Notes: generated by a model from the letters alone, not told the origin. Counted from the stretch's first letter, positions 6,370 to 16,711 are shown. The stretch is 64,000 nt of DNA from Candidatus Thorarchaeota archaeon (GCA_016933575.1 JAFGAR010000028.1:64001-128000); one strand, 5' to 3'. A program made the numbers and translations.

Positions 6370-9078
6370 ATTTCCGATACAACACTTGTTGTAGATTTGA
6401 AGAACATTGATGCAGCAACACTGGCAATGACGGGTGGAAAAGCAGCTAATCTGACAGCTTTGAGCAAAGCAGGTTTTCAGGTCCCAAAAGGATTTGTCAT
6501 AACAACTGATGCCTATAGAGAGTTTATCTCATTCAATAATCTTGAGCAGATTGCCAACAAGTATCTTGTAGATTTCAATCATGAAGACACTGAGCAACTA
6601 AGAAACGCTGCAAATAGAATGAGAGAAGAAATAGAGAAAGCATCATTGCCTGATCACTTGATTTCGAAGGTCAAATTGGCTTATAGTGAACTCGGTGAAG
6701 GATCTGTAGCAATACGATCATCTGCAACAGCAGAAGACTTACCAGATGCTTCATTTGCTGGGCAGTATGATACATCCTTGAATATTGAAGGGATTGATAA
6801 CGTTCTACACCATATCAAACGATGCTTTGCATCAATGTGGACGACAAGAGCTATTGCTTATCGCGAGGAGAACCATATTCCTCACGAACATGTGCGTCTG
6901 GCAGTTGTTGTTCAATCAATGATTCAACCAAAATGCGCAGGTGTGATGTTTACTCGGAATCCATTCTCAGAATCAACCTCTGAAATAATAATTGAATCTA
7001 ATTTTGGATTAGGAGAATCGGTCGTTTCAGGATATTCGATACCAGACCGTTATGTAGTCAACTGTATAGCTCCTGAAAATTACTCATTAGTCAGTAGAGA
7101 GATTGGCACTAAAGATACCATCATTGAACGAGACCACAGTGGGAAAGGTACACAACAGATAAAAATCTCACAAGAACAAAGCCAAAAATCATCACTTGAG
7201 GATGATGAAGTGCTAGAACTTGCTAAAATAGGCAGTTCTATCGAGAGATTCTTTAAATCACCTCAAGATGTGGAGTGGGCCATTGATTCTAAAGGAGATA
7301 TACACATTCTCCAAGCTCGACCTATCACAGTCCGTTATGAGAAGACCTCCAATCAGAAAGATGATGTGTTTTGGACACGGGGGTATGCTGATGACTATTG
7401 GAATGATCCGGTAACTCCGTTATACTTCAATCTCCTCGGAGACCAATTAATACACATCGTAAATGTCGAAGCTAATGCAATAATGGGATACAAAGACATG
7501 CCTGAAGAACTTCTGAAATTGCATAAAGGACATGCATACTTCAACCTTGATGTATTGAGACGAAAGGTCGTCAATGAGATGCCACCATTCATTAGGTCGG
7601 ATGATGTGATGAACTACTTTCCTGAAGGAGCAGGACCTTTTGGGAAAGATACTATGAGAAAACTGCCTTTTGCACTCAAAACACGGATAATGGCAGAAAT
7701 CAGAGTGATGCTGCTAGATGGCGACGGGAGTATGACAAAGACGAATGATGTCTATGAAAAATGGACCAAAGAAGTATTCATACCAGAGTGCATGAAATTT
7801 GATGAAGCATTCAACAGATTAGAATCAGGGAGTACTGCTCAGGATTATTTGGCTATTGCTGATGATCTTGACATCACCATGATGAAGCATTTCAGAATGG
7901 TCAGATATGGTCTACCAGTACATACCCTAGGAATGAATCTAATTACCAACTATCTCCTTCGTCGTTGGCTTGGCGAGAAAGCGGCAACTGCTATGTACCC
8001 GATACTCCTCTCAGGACTGGAACACAAGACCAGTGAAACAAACAAGAGAATAGAGGAGCTTGCATCTATCATTCGACAGGACAAAAATCTTGAAGAGAAA
8101 ATCCTAGGTTTGAAATCCAAGGAGATTCTTGATTCACTAAAAAGAAGTAATTCAATAAATGAACGTACCTTCATTGAAAAGTTCAACACGTTTCTTGATG
8201 ACTTTGGAGATCGTGGTTTTACAAGAGAAACCTATTATCCAAGATGGAGAGAGTCACCAGAATATGTGTTTGATATTCTAAAATCACTTGTATCTGAACA
8301 AGGCAAGAACCTTATCCAAAATGAAGAAGCCCTAGCTAAGAGGAGGAAAAAAGCAGAGCAGTTAGTTGAAGAGGTGATTCGAAAACAACGATTTGGTCCG
8401 ATTAAATGGATGCTTTTCTCAACCATTTTGGGAATGGCAAGAACTTATGTCGGATTCCGTGAGAATCAGAGATTCAATTTGGATAGATGGATTACTCGAG
8501 AGAGAAAGGCGTACCTTGAGATTGGAAAACAACTAATCCATCAGGGGTATCTGCAAGAACCAAGTCATATTTTCTTTTTATACCGTAATGAGATTAGGGC
8601 GATTGTAAGAGAAAAGAACTCACTCAGTAAAGATGAAACGAAGTCATTTGTTGAGGAAAGAAAAGAAGAATTCCTCAAGTATGAGAATATCACACCGCCC
8701 AAGTTCATGTATGGAAACAGGGAATTTGATGATCCTATGCCAGATTCAGTCGAAGGATATAGTGGAATGCCTGCTAGTCAGGGACTAATTACAGGAACTG
8801 TGAGGGTTCTAAATAGCGTGGAAGAGGTTTCACAGGTGAGAGCTGGTGAGATTCTAGTAGTACCGCGGACTGATCCAGGCTGGACACCAGTCTTTTCAAA
8901 GATTGGCGGCCTTGTGACTGAAACAGGAGGACTCCTCTCTCATGGTGCTGTTGTTTCACGAGAGTTTGGAATTCCAGCGGTCACGAATATTAGAAATGCA
9001 TGTATGATTTTCAAGACTGGGCAAAAAATAACATTAGATGGAAATCTTGGAAAAATAGTCTTACATGAAACGGAGTAG
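6370..9078 (+). CDS. PEP-utilizing dikinase family, rifampicin-phosphotransferase-like domain order (ATP-grasp / substrate domain / His swivel)
   Basis: GGKAANL, RSSATAEDLPDASFAGQYDT, GLGESVVSG, PQDVEWA, LQARPIT, and C-terminal TDPGWTP..GGLLSHGAVVSREFGIPAV. ORF track start is TTG 6397; the RBS suggests ATT 6370. Confidence 0.88.
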   Translation: MSDTTLVVDLKNIDAATLAMTGGKAANLTALSKAGFQVPKGFVITTDAYREFISFNNLEQIANKYLVDFNHEDTEQLRNAANRMREEIEKASLPDHLISKVKLAYSELGEGSVAIRSSATAEDLPDASFAGQYDTSLNIEGIDNVLHHIKRCFASMWTTRAIAYREENHIPHEHVRLAVVVQSMIQPKCAGVMFTRNPFSESTSEIIIESNFGLGESVVSGYSIPDRYVVNCIAPENYSLVSREIGTKDTIIERDHSGKGTQQIKISQEQSQKSSLEDDEVLELAKIGSSIERFFKSPQDVEWAIDSKGDIHILQARPITVRYEKTSNQKDDVFWTRGYADDYWNDPVTPLYFNLLGDQLIHIVNVEANAIMGYKDMPEELLKLHKGHAYFNLDVLRRKVVNEMPPFIRSDDVMNYFPEGAGPFGKDTMRKLPFALKTRIMAEIRVMLLDGDGSMTKTNDVYEKWTKEVFIPECMKFDEAFNRLESGSTAQDYLAIADDLDITMMKHFRMVRYGLPVHTLGMNLITNYLLRRWLGEKAATAMYPILLSGLEHKTSETNKRIEELASIIRQDKNLEEKILGLKSKEILDSLKRSNSINERTFIEKFNTFLDDFGDRGFTRETYYPRWRESPEYVFDILKSLVSEQGKNLIQNEEALAKRRKKAEQLVEEVIRKQRFGPIKWMLFSTILGMARTYVGFRENQRFNLDRWITRERKAYLEIGKQLIHQGYLQEPSHIFFLYRNEIRAIVREKNSLSKDETKSFVEERKEEFLKYENITPPKFMYGNREFDDPMPDSVEGYSGMPASQGLITGTVRVLNSVEEVSQVRAGEILVVPRTDPGWTPVFSKIGGLVTETGGLLSHGAVVSREFGIPAVTNIRNACMIFKTGQKITLDGNLGKIVLHETE

Positions 9079-10054
9079 AACACCATTGGAACCATTGATA
9101 CATAGAATTGATTCGACAAATGCAGAATGGAATGAAAGTTATTACTTCATCTTCTATGACAAAGAGAATAGAATTGGAGGAATGAGTAGAGTAGGATTCA
9201 AACCGAATAAAAAAGAGGGGATGGCCTTCTTCTTCATCTTCCTACCTGATGGAACAGTTGCAGCATTTCATGCAAAAGATGATGCAGGAAATTATCCTGA
9301 AGCACTCAAGGTCGAATCAGTGAATCACCAATGCCAATGTGATGGTGCTTGGAAGTACTCCTTCGAGGGGCCTATGTTAGTTTTCAATAATCCGGAGGAT
9401 TTTGCTCAAGTACAGGAGAATCCTGAAGTCATCAGTGATTTGATTGGCGCTAAGCTTGATTTGAGTTACAATGCGATAAATGAAACATACGAGTACAGCG
9501 AACATATGACTGCTGAATCACTTAAGATTGGAAAAAAGACTGGTGATATGCATTGGGAGCAGATTGGAAAAGTCACAGGTACTGTTCAAATTGGAGAAAA
9601 GCTATACCAGATTAACGAATGCCTCGGACAGAGAGACCATACCTACGGGATTAGAGATTGGACCGGTGTTGGAAATTGGTTCTATTTTGTAATATGGTTC
9701 GATGAGAAACTTGCGATAAATCCTGCAGCTGTTGTTCTAGACGATAATCGTGTTGGGTCAGGTGGTTTCATTTTCAAGGATGGCGAGAATATACCTCTCG
9801 TAACAATCCAACTTTTAGAGCATAAATATCAAGAAAATGGGATCTTTCCAATTTCTACGACACTTGAGTTAATCGATGCAAAGGGACAGAAATATCTCTT
9901 GAAGGCAACACCAGGACCACTAGTACCCGTACCATTTAGAGGAGATGATGGCAGTCTCTCGTATTTGATCCAGTCATTCGGGTCATTCCAGTTGGATGAT
10001 TTAAAAGATGGATATGGTTCATATGAGGTTCTCAGGAAATCAATATCAGACTGA
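9065..10054 (+). CDS. AttH/CrtC/tocopherol-cyclase-like double beta-barrel protein
   Basis: WNESYYF near the N-terminus, HWEQIGKVTGTVQIG, GQRDHTYGIRDW (RDHSWG-type motif). Overlaps the upstream gene by 14 nt. Confidence 0.6.
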   Translation: MKRSRTPLEPLIHRIDSTNAEWNESYYFIFYDKENRIGGMSRVGFKPNKKEGMAFFFIFLPDGTVAAFHAKDDAGNYPEALKVESVNHQCQCDGAWKYSFEGPMLVFNNPEDFAQVQENPEVISDLIGAKLDLSYNAINETYEYSEHMTAESLKIGKKTGDMHWEQIGKVTGTVQIGEKLYQINECLGQRDHTYGIRDWTGVGNWFYFVIWFDEKLAINPAAVVLDDNRVGSGGFIFKDGENIPLVTIQLLEHKYQENGIFPISTTLELIDAKGQKYLLKATPGPLVPVPFRGDDGSLSYLIQSFGSFQLDDLKDGYGSYEVLRKSISD

Positions 10055-10110
10055 ATGTATGATGCACGAATATATTAGAGAAGAATGCGAAAAATGCAGA
10101 GGTCAGACTG

Positions 10111-10767
10111 ATGTTTGAATACGTGCAAGAGAGGGAATTCTCGGCCCGACTTGAACCGAGAACAATGATTTATGTCATTACAATTGGAGAAACTGAGGAA
10201 ATCGGTTCAACCAAGCTTACAGAGAAGGGGAGAAACCAAGTCCTGGAGCTTGCTCATTCTAGACTTGTTGCTGGAATCAGGATTATGTATAGCGATCCAT
10301 CAAATGCTGCAATTCAAACATCAGAAATACTCCGGAGAGAGTTTGAGTGCAAAATGGAGAAGAGAAGCTGTCTCTCGGAAATTAATTGGGGTTTCAAATG
10401 GGATGATATTGAACAGCTTAAGGAAAATCTGCCTAAGATGTGGTCTGATGAAAATGAGAGTGTGAACAGAGGAGAATCATTAGCTGAGGCTAGAGAGAGG
10501 ATAGGCATATGTATGAATGAGATAGCCGTAAAACATGTAGGAGATAGCTTAGCAGTCGTGATGCATCCACTCATAACAACGCTGTTTCATTCTCTTGTTA
10601 CAGCAGCACCACTTGAGTTCAAGGATTGGCTAATGATGGGATATGCAGCATGTGCATCTTATGAATATACAAAGAAAGGGTGGACACTAGTTATGCCTCC
10701 AGATAACAGCTTTCAGAGTGATCCCTCATGCACAGGCGATATTCTTCCAGAAGACATCTTTGAATAG
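10111..10767 (+). CDS. Histidine phosphatase (PGM-like) fold protein lacking the RHG motif
   Basis: LTEKGRNQ, YSDP..AAIQTSEIL, LSEINWG, GESLAEARER, LAVVMH. The RHG position reads IYVITIGET. Confidence 0.75.
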   Translation: MFEYVQEREFSARLEPRTMIYVITIGETEEIGSTKLTEKGRNQVLELAHSRLVAGIRIMYSDPSNAAIQTSEILRREFECKMEKRSCLSEINWGFKWDDIEQLKENLPKMWSDENESVNRGESLAEARERIGICMNEIAVKHVGDSLAVVMHPLITTLFHSLVTAAPLEFKDWLMMGYAACASYEYTKKGWTLVMPPDNSFQSDPSCTGDILPEDIFE

Positions 10768-10826
10768 AAAAAGAAAGAAATGGAAGTTGAAGCTAAGCCA
10801 CTCAGACTTGAACCTCAACAACCATC
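10768..10826 (-). terminator. Imperfect hairpin + U-tract downstream of the large surface protein gene
   Basis: Minus strand ATGG..GTTGAGG..CTTCAAC..CCAT followed by TTCTTTCTTTTT; lies between convergent genes. Confidence 0.45.
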
Positions 10827-10835
10827 CTAGTAGGA

Positions 10836-13800
10836 TTATCTTCGTCGATACATGACGCAGACAATTATCACAAGAGCAACAACTCCACCCACTATTATGT
10901 AAAGAGTGATTGGATTACCTTCACCAGTGGTGTAGGTCGTTGTTGACCCCGTTTGAAATGCACTTGTATATGCAACAAAAACAGGATCACAGATTATCTC
11001 TTCACCGCCCCAGTTTTCATAACCTGCAGTCATGAACAACATTGATGCTTCAATATTGAAGTTGGTCACAGAAGTACCTGATGCTGATTCGTACATGACA
11101 GAGAATGCACCAATCGGTGCAGTAGATGAACCAGATGTGTAGATAGTTGAATGACCATCTCCACCCCAAGTGTATGGCAGACCGCCCATTGTAACATTTG
11201 CATAGGGAGTATCCGCAGCTCCAAATTGATAATATGAAGCATCAAGACTTGCACCATTTGTGTCTGTAACAGGGCGTTGACCAGCGGTATAACGAGTTGC
11301 TGTCACTGTACCTAGAACACCGAAAAAGTTCACAGCTAGGCTGCGTCCTTCAAGTACACTATCATCAAAGTCGTGCATGGTCCATTCACCGAATCTCTGA
11401 TCAACTTTGAATGAAACAGCATGATTCCACGTAATTGGATCATCAGCATCGAATGCAACCATATCTACATTGAAAGTGATATCAAAAGACATCTCGTCCA
11501 CAGTTGCTTGAGTGACCCAATAGTCAAAGCTAGTGGAGTTCAGCCCGACAGCACCTTGGTAGGATTCTCTGAAGTCCCAGGCTCCTCTCAATGCAGAAGA
11601 ATGTTCGATGCGGAGAGGATAGATAGTCACATTGACATCAGTGATTGTGACTCCGAAATTGACCTCAGTATCAGGATCAACAATAACACTACCAGAGTTA
11701 TTCGTAGCACCAAAGGGTCTCCGAAGCTCTACCTCACCAACGCTATCGATGAGAACCAGATGAGTCACTTCATCTGAGGTGACTTGTCCTCCTTCTATTG
11801 AGAAATCTGGAGCACTTGGAGTAGGACCAAGACCGTCATTGAAGATCAACAAACCAGCATACTCTGCTCTGAAATGTGCAAGAGTGGCTTCTGTATCAGA
11901 CAGTGCAACAAAGAAGTTCTGTGTTGTTCCCCATGCAAACCATGTCGTAGACCACTTGCCATGTTCAATTCCTGGAATATTATCTAGATTGATTGTTCGA
12001 TTAACAGACAACCATGAGATATAGTCATACCCAGGAGTGGATACGTCATTTCCAAGATCAGCCCATAGCAGGTCTTGAATTTCAATCATCTCGCTTTCGC
12101 TAAGAGGACTGCCATCGGATGCGTGATACCAGTAGAAGGTCTCATTTGCTTCATACCAGATGTTCAGTTCAACAACACCCATCCAGTTTGAAGACCAGAA
12201 CTCATCACCAGCCACGCCGGGACTTGGATCAAAACCGACGCCAACTAGCATACCATTGATTGTGATATTGCCTTCATCACTCCAATAACCAGTTCTCTTA
12301 ATGAAGTACTGATCATTCGTAGTGTATTCATTGCCATCAAGGTCTATTGCACCATTTTCAGTCACGACCCAAATTGGTGGTGTGTATGAAGGAAGGTCTC
12401 CAAGACGAAGGTGACGTGGACTCCATAGAGTATCACTAGAGATGTCAGATTGTCTGTATTGATCCGTCCATTCATTATAGAGGATAAGATACTGTGCAAC
12501 AGTCATCTGACCAGCGGTTACCAACCACCAAGGATAGCTCCATGTACTATTTCCAGCATCCCAAATCCTCACATTCTGAATAACACCAATCTTCAACTGG
12601 GCTTGGTCAATCACCATTGACGGTGCAGTGTCATTGAAATGGAATTGAATTTTCAGAGTTGTGAGATCTTCACCTAGTTCTAGGTCATAGTCATCCACTG
12701 TCCAGTCATTGGATGTGATTACAGTACTCCACAATTGTGTACCACCACGCAAGTACATACTAATACGATATTGAGAACTAGTTGTAGGTAGACCTGTGTC
12801 AAAGTCAATTACCATTGTGTGAGTAATCTCATATCGCCAATAATGCGTGTCATTTCCATCCATTCCAGAACCTTTGACGTTAAGTGTGAAGTCTTTCAGT
12901 TCCTGAGAGATATTGAATAAACCTAGTCCATCTGGTGTCTTATAGACAATAGAGCCATTGATTTCGTTAACATTTCTGTGTACGAGAAATGTCAAATTTA
13001 ATGGCTGCTCTTGTAAGGCAATATCTGCAATATTACCTGTTAGATCATAGACAAAAGCTTCAATGAAAGCTGTACGGAATGCTAGTTTCATTGTTTCCTT
13101 GGTTGTTATCTCAGGTCTCTTAATTAGAGGATCTCCATTGACATCAAGAACTGTGACCAAGTCCATCTCAGGTCGAATGGTCCCACCAAAACCCCAAGCA
13201 GGATCAAGGTCTGTCTCGTTTGTGAAATATCCTCCCCATTGAATCCGGGTTCGACCATCAAAGATACCTGTGAGGACAGGTTCTGATACATAATACTTGC
13301 TGATGTCGATAGTTGAATTCTCAACACAAGTGAGGAAGGGGAACCACATTCCCAGATTACCGCCAAGATCGAGCCAGCTCCAAGTGACATTAAGATAACC
13401 AGCAAGAACATAGGCGTTTGTGGAATTGACCTTCAGAAACATAAACGGATACAGATCCATTTCAGTTTGAGTCCAAGCAACATTACTATTGAATAGAACA
13501 GACTCGCTTACTTCCAAACCAACAGGCATCGTCAAATTCCTTGCAATTCTAAGGTTTGAATCCCAAGTCAATTGTGTGAAGGGTATCAAAGTTTCTCCAA
13601 TTCCAGCATTAGATATTAGTCGAACGATAAACGTGTCATTAACATCAGCATAATGCATGATATGACTGGTCTCATCTACAATATCTGCATAGTAGTAATC
13701 TGGAAGAGAGAAATCTAACGGATTGACTGCCGTACCAAATCCGATTGGTGGACTTCCATATTCCCCACGAGTATTAGATGCAAGCCAGGAGGGTGAAACA

Positions 13801-14393
13801 GGTCGACCATCTGTATCAATGACTTGCATTCCAGTGTAGAAGATTCCTGCCATGGGCAAGTCAAACGTGACATCAAAAACCACGAGATAGTAATCAGATT
13901 CATCGTAATATTCTGAATTGATGCTATCTAGTGAAATGAAATCAGCAGGTCTTGGCTCATCACTTCCTAATATGTATGTGAAAGCCATACTATTCCATTT
14001 ATCAGATGTAGCATTATACTCAAGGCCGAAGTATGGAGCTCGAATACCTACTCGTATTCCCCAGAATTGAACTACGTCCAATTCATTACCTTCTCCAAGA
14101 AATGCCTTGGGTACTGTGATGTTTATGAATAGTTCATCTCCAAGGTTTATTCTGTAATTATTCTCAGCGATTTCAGTCAGGTTATCAGCATACCCAATCC
14201 ACACGTTAGGCTGCGGTCCAAAGACCCAGGTAGAGTGTTGATCCTCGTGAGAGAATTGAGTGGTCTCATTCTCCACAAGCCATTGAACACCTAATACTGG
14301 TTCAGCTTCAGACTGAGCTGTGGCTGGTTTAACTGCACCTGCGATACTCACCAATAACATAGTGATCAGCATAATTGTGCTTATTTTCTTCAT
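10836..14393 (-). CDS. Large secreted, C-terminally anchored surface (S-layer-like) glycoprotein
   Basis: GAGGTG RBS before ATG 14393. Signal peptide MKKISTIMLITMLLVSIAGAVKPATA. Acidic, beta-rich, many NxS/T sequons, Thr linker (TGSTTTYTTG), TM and RRR tail. Confidence 0.85.
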   Translation of the reverse strand: MKKISTIMLITMLLVSIAGAVKPATAQSEAEPVLGVQWLVENETTQFSHEDQHSTWVFGPQPNVWIGYADNLTEIAENNYRINLGDELFINITVPKAFLGEGNELDVVQFWGIRVGIRAPYFGLEYNATSDKWNSMAFTYILGSDEPRPADFISLDSINSEYYDESDYYLVVFDVTFDLPMAGIFYTGMQVIDTDGRPVSPSWLASNTRGEYGSPPIGFGTAVNPLDFSLPDYYYADIVDETSHIMHYADVNDTFIVRLISNAGIGETLIPFTQLTWDSNLRIARNLTMPVGLEVSESVLFNSNVAWTQTEMDLYPFMFLKVNSTNAYVLAGYLNVTWSWLDLGGNLGMWFPFLTCVENSTIDISKYYVSEPVLTGIFDGRTRIQWGGYFTNETDLDPAWGFGGTIRPEMDLVTVLDVNGDPLIKRPEITTKETMKLAFRTAFIEAFVYDLTGNIADIALQEQPLNLTFLVHRNVNEINGSIVYKTPDGLGLFNISQELKDFTLNVKGSGMDGNDTHYWRYEITHTMVIDFDTGLPTTSSQYRISMYLRGGTQLWSTVITSNDWTVDDYDLELGEDLTTLKIQFHFNDTAPSMVIDQAQLKIGVIQNVRIWDAGNSTWSYPWWLVTAGQMTVAQYLILYNEWTDQYRQSDISSDTLWSPRHLRLGDLPSYTPPIWVVTENGAIDLDGNEYTTNDQYFIKRTGYWSDEGNITINGMLVGVGFDPSPGVAGDEFWSSNWMGVVELNIWYEANETFYWYHASDGSPLSESEMIEIQDLLWADLGNDVSTPGYDYISWLSVNRTINLDNIPGIEHGKWSTTWFAWGTTQNFFVALSDTEATLAHFRAEYAGLLIFNDGLGPTPSAPDFSIEGGQVTSDEVTHLVLIDSVGEVELRRPFGATNNSGSVIVDPDTEVNFGVTITDVNVTIYPLRIEHSSALRGAWDFRESYQGAVGLNSTSFDYWVTQATVDEMSFDITFNVDMVAFDADDPITWNHAVSFKVDQRFGEWTMHDFDDSVLEGRSLAVNFFGVLGTVTATRYTAGQRPVTDTNGASLDASYYQFGAADTPYANVTMGGLPYTWGGDGHSTIYTSGSSTAPIGAFSVMYESASGTSVTNFNIEASMLFMTAGYENWGGEEIICDPVFVAYTSAFQTGSTTTYTTGEGNPITLYIIVGGVVALVIIVCVMYRRR

Positions 14394-14628
14394 TATCTTC
14401 ACCTCAGCAAGAACCAAGCGTGCAAGACATCCGTATTGCATATTCAACAATATGGGATTGACCTGAAAGAATATGATTGGAGTTTCCTACTGGTTCTCGT
14501 TGTTTTGGTGCTTTCATCCAAGGTACGTTCCTAATTACCTCTGATGGAAAAACCGACTAACTGCAGATATTCATGTATAATTAACATATATAGAGCATAT
14601 GTATGAATCATCCTTTTCACTAGAGATA

Positions 14629-16644
14629 TTATAATTCGTCAAAATAAACACGTAATAGCTCGGCAACACTTCTGGCTCGAGATACTGTACCTCGATCGCG
14701 ATGTGGTTTTGAACCATCGAACATATCTGAAACAGTACCAAGACAACCTCGACGAACTGAATTCAAGACTGGTCTGAAGAACTTCTTCTCAGCTTTTAGT
14801 TTATTCTCAGGAGTATCTCCATTTACTCGTAGCCATGCAGATATGTATGGACCAATTAACCAAGGATGGACAGTTCCCTGATGAGTTGCTGCTGCTCTAC
14901 TCCTAGGTCCACCCGTATAGGCTCGAGCATATCTTGTATCTGTGGGAGAAAGAGTCCTGAGTCCAAACGGAGTGAGTAGTTCTTTTGTCACAACTTTGAG
15001 AACAGAGTTGGCCTTCAATCTATCAAGGAGGGGATAAGGAAGACTGAGAGCAAAGATTTGGTTTGGTCGTATCGATTTATCATTTCCTTCATCAGTAACG
15101 ACATCATAGAGATAACCGAGTTCAGGATCCCAAAATGCCTGAATGAATGCTTCACGAATCCAAGAAGATACTGCTTGATACTCGTATGGGTCTCGTCCCA
15201 TGAACTCACACATCTCACCCATGGCCATCAATGCGTTGAACCAGAGTGCATTGACTTCTACACACTTACCAATTCTAGGTGTTGGAAACCAATCATCAAC
15301 ATGATCGTTCATCCATGAAACTTCAAAACCTTCGATTCCAGATATAATTAGACCATCATGATCTTCATGAATGTTAAATTTCGTTCCAATTCGATACGCG
15401 GCAATGATACTCTCCATTGTCTCCCAAATAATACCGCGAAGAAACTCAACATCGTTCGTGGCCTGAATGTATTTGTGCACAGCCATGATAAACCATAAAG
15501 ATGCATCAACAGAATCGTATTCTGGTTGAATACCTCTATCGGGAAAATCATTCGGCACTAGACCATATCGTGAATGGCGAGCATAATTCGTGAGTACAGC
15601 CCGAGCATCTTGAAAGCGACCGATGGACATTGTCAGTCCGGGGAGTGATACCATTGCATCGTGACCAATATCTGCAAGCTCATGATATCCTGCAATTATT
15701 GAACGCATGTTTGTAGATTCTCTATCTACAATGAATGTATCTGCATCAAGGATTAACCATTCTATATCTTCATCTCTTTCCTTCGCAGACATGGAGAATG
15801 CTCTGTCATTTAGAATCTTCCTTCTCCGTAGTTCTTCAAATCGTAGTTTTGCAAAGTCTTTCCTCTGTGCATTAGCGAGGGGTCCAAGACTACTCATAAG
15901 ATCTTTCTGAGAAGGACCTACAGCAAATAAGAATGATAGAAAATGTTCTCCAGGATCGAGAACTGTGTGAAAGACACCTGGAATGACCATCTCCTCCTCG
16001 TGAGGTAAGCCCATTGCTTTATCGCGTCTATAGATCTGGGGATCAGTTATCCGAATCTCACTTGGCATGAATTCAGCATCTGGAGTGTATGCATACATCC
16101 ATGGACTATTGGGTCGTTCATCAAAGGAGAAGTACGAATGGTTATTGATGATTTCAACGGAAGGAGTGAAATCAAGATGAGGGGGTCGTGCATGAAGGTC
16201 TCTACATGTTTGAAGAGGTGTCACTGTCAGAACACTTTCCTCGGTGTTCTTCAATTCATAATTTACGACGGTAATGTTCCGTCTATATGCCATAAAGACG
16301 GTCTTCTCAAGCTCAACACATCCAGTAGAATACACCATCTGAGGGAGTGGATTCAAATCGAATCGCTTTAGATATCTATAGCCTCGATGTGTTACTCCTT
16401 GTGTAGTCTGTTCAGTACTAAGATTGCATTCTCCTTCTGAATTAATCAGGACCTCGTCCAATCTTGATAATGTCAACCACCGGTCGACTGGAGGATTGAG
16501 AGATGAAACAAGAAGACCGTGGTATCCACGCACATTGAGACCTACTATTGTGGAAGAAGTATAGCCGCCTAAACCGTTCGTATAGAGCCATTCGAAAGTA
16601 ACAGCTCGATTCAATCGGAGATCAGCATCTTCCAAAGTTATCAA
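14629..16644 (-). CDS. Glycogen debranching enzyme homologue (GDE_N + GH133 amylo-alpha-1,6-glucosidase domain) with altered active-site motifs
   Basis: EWLYTNGLGGY, RGYHGLL, SIIAGY, GLVPNDFPD, DASLWF, TPRIGKCVEVNALW, IRPNQIFA, LLTPFGLRTLSP. Confidence 0.88.
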   Translation of the reverse strand: MITLEDADLRLNRAVTFEWLYTNGLGGYTSSTIVGLNVRGYHGLLVSSLNPPVDRWLTLSRLDEVLINSEGECNLSTEQTTQGVTHRGYRYLKRFDLNPLPQMVYSTGCVELEKTVFMAYRRNITVVNYELKNTEESVLTVTPLQTCRDLHARPPHLDFTPSVEIINNHSYFSFDERPNSPWMYAYTPDAEFMPSEIRITDPQIYRRDKAMGLPHEEEMVIPGVFHTVLDPGEHFLSFLFAVGPSQKDLMSSLGPLANAQRKDFAKLRFEELRRRKILNDRAFSMSAKERDEDIEWLILDADTFIVDRESTNMRSIIAGYHELADIGHDAMVSLPGLTMSIGRFQDARAVLTNYARHSRYGLVPNDFPDRGIQPEYDSVDASLWFIMAVHKYIQATNDVEFLRGIIWETMESIIAAYRIGTKFNIHEDHDGLIISGIEGFEVSWMNDHVDDWFPTPRIGKCVEVNALWFNALMAMGEMCEFMGRDPYEYQAVSSWIREAFIQAFWDPELGYLYDVVTDEGNDKSIRPNQIFALSLPYPLLDRLKANSVLKVVTKELLTPFGLRTLSPTDTRYARAYTGGPRSRAAATHQGTVHPWLIGPYISAWLRVNGDTPENKLKAEKKFFRPVLNSVRRGCLGTVSDMFDGSKPHRDRGTVSRARSVAELLRVYFDEL

Positions 16645-16711
16645 GGGATCAAGACCTCGTGTTATGTTTCATTCTTTGAATAAGTTTCTGATAATGAGCA
16701 CACTTTAAGGG

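Noticed and set aside
6370-9078. Calling this ppsA or a rifampicin-resistance gene
   Set aside because: Domain order is not that of PEP synthase, and rifamycin specificity cannot be read from these motifs.
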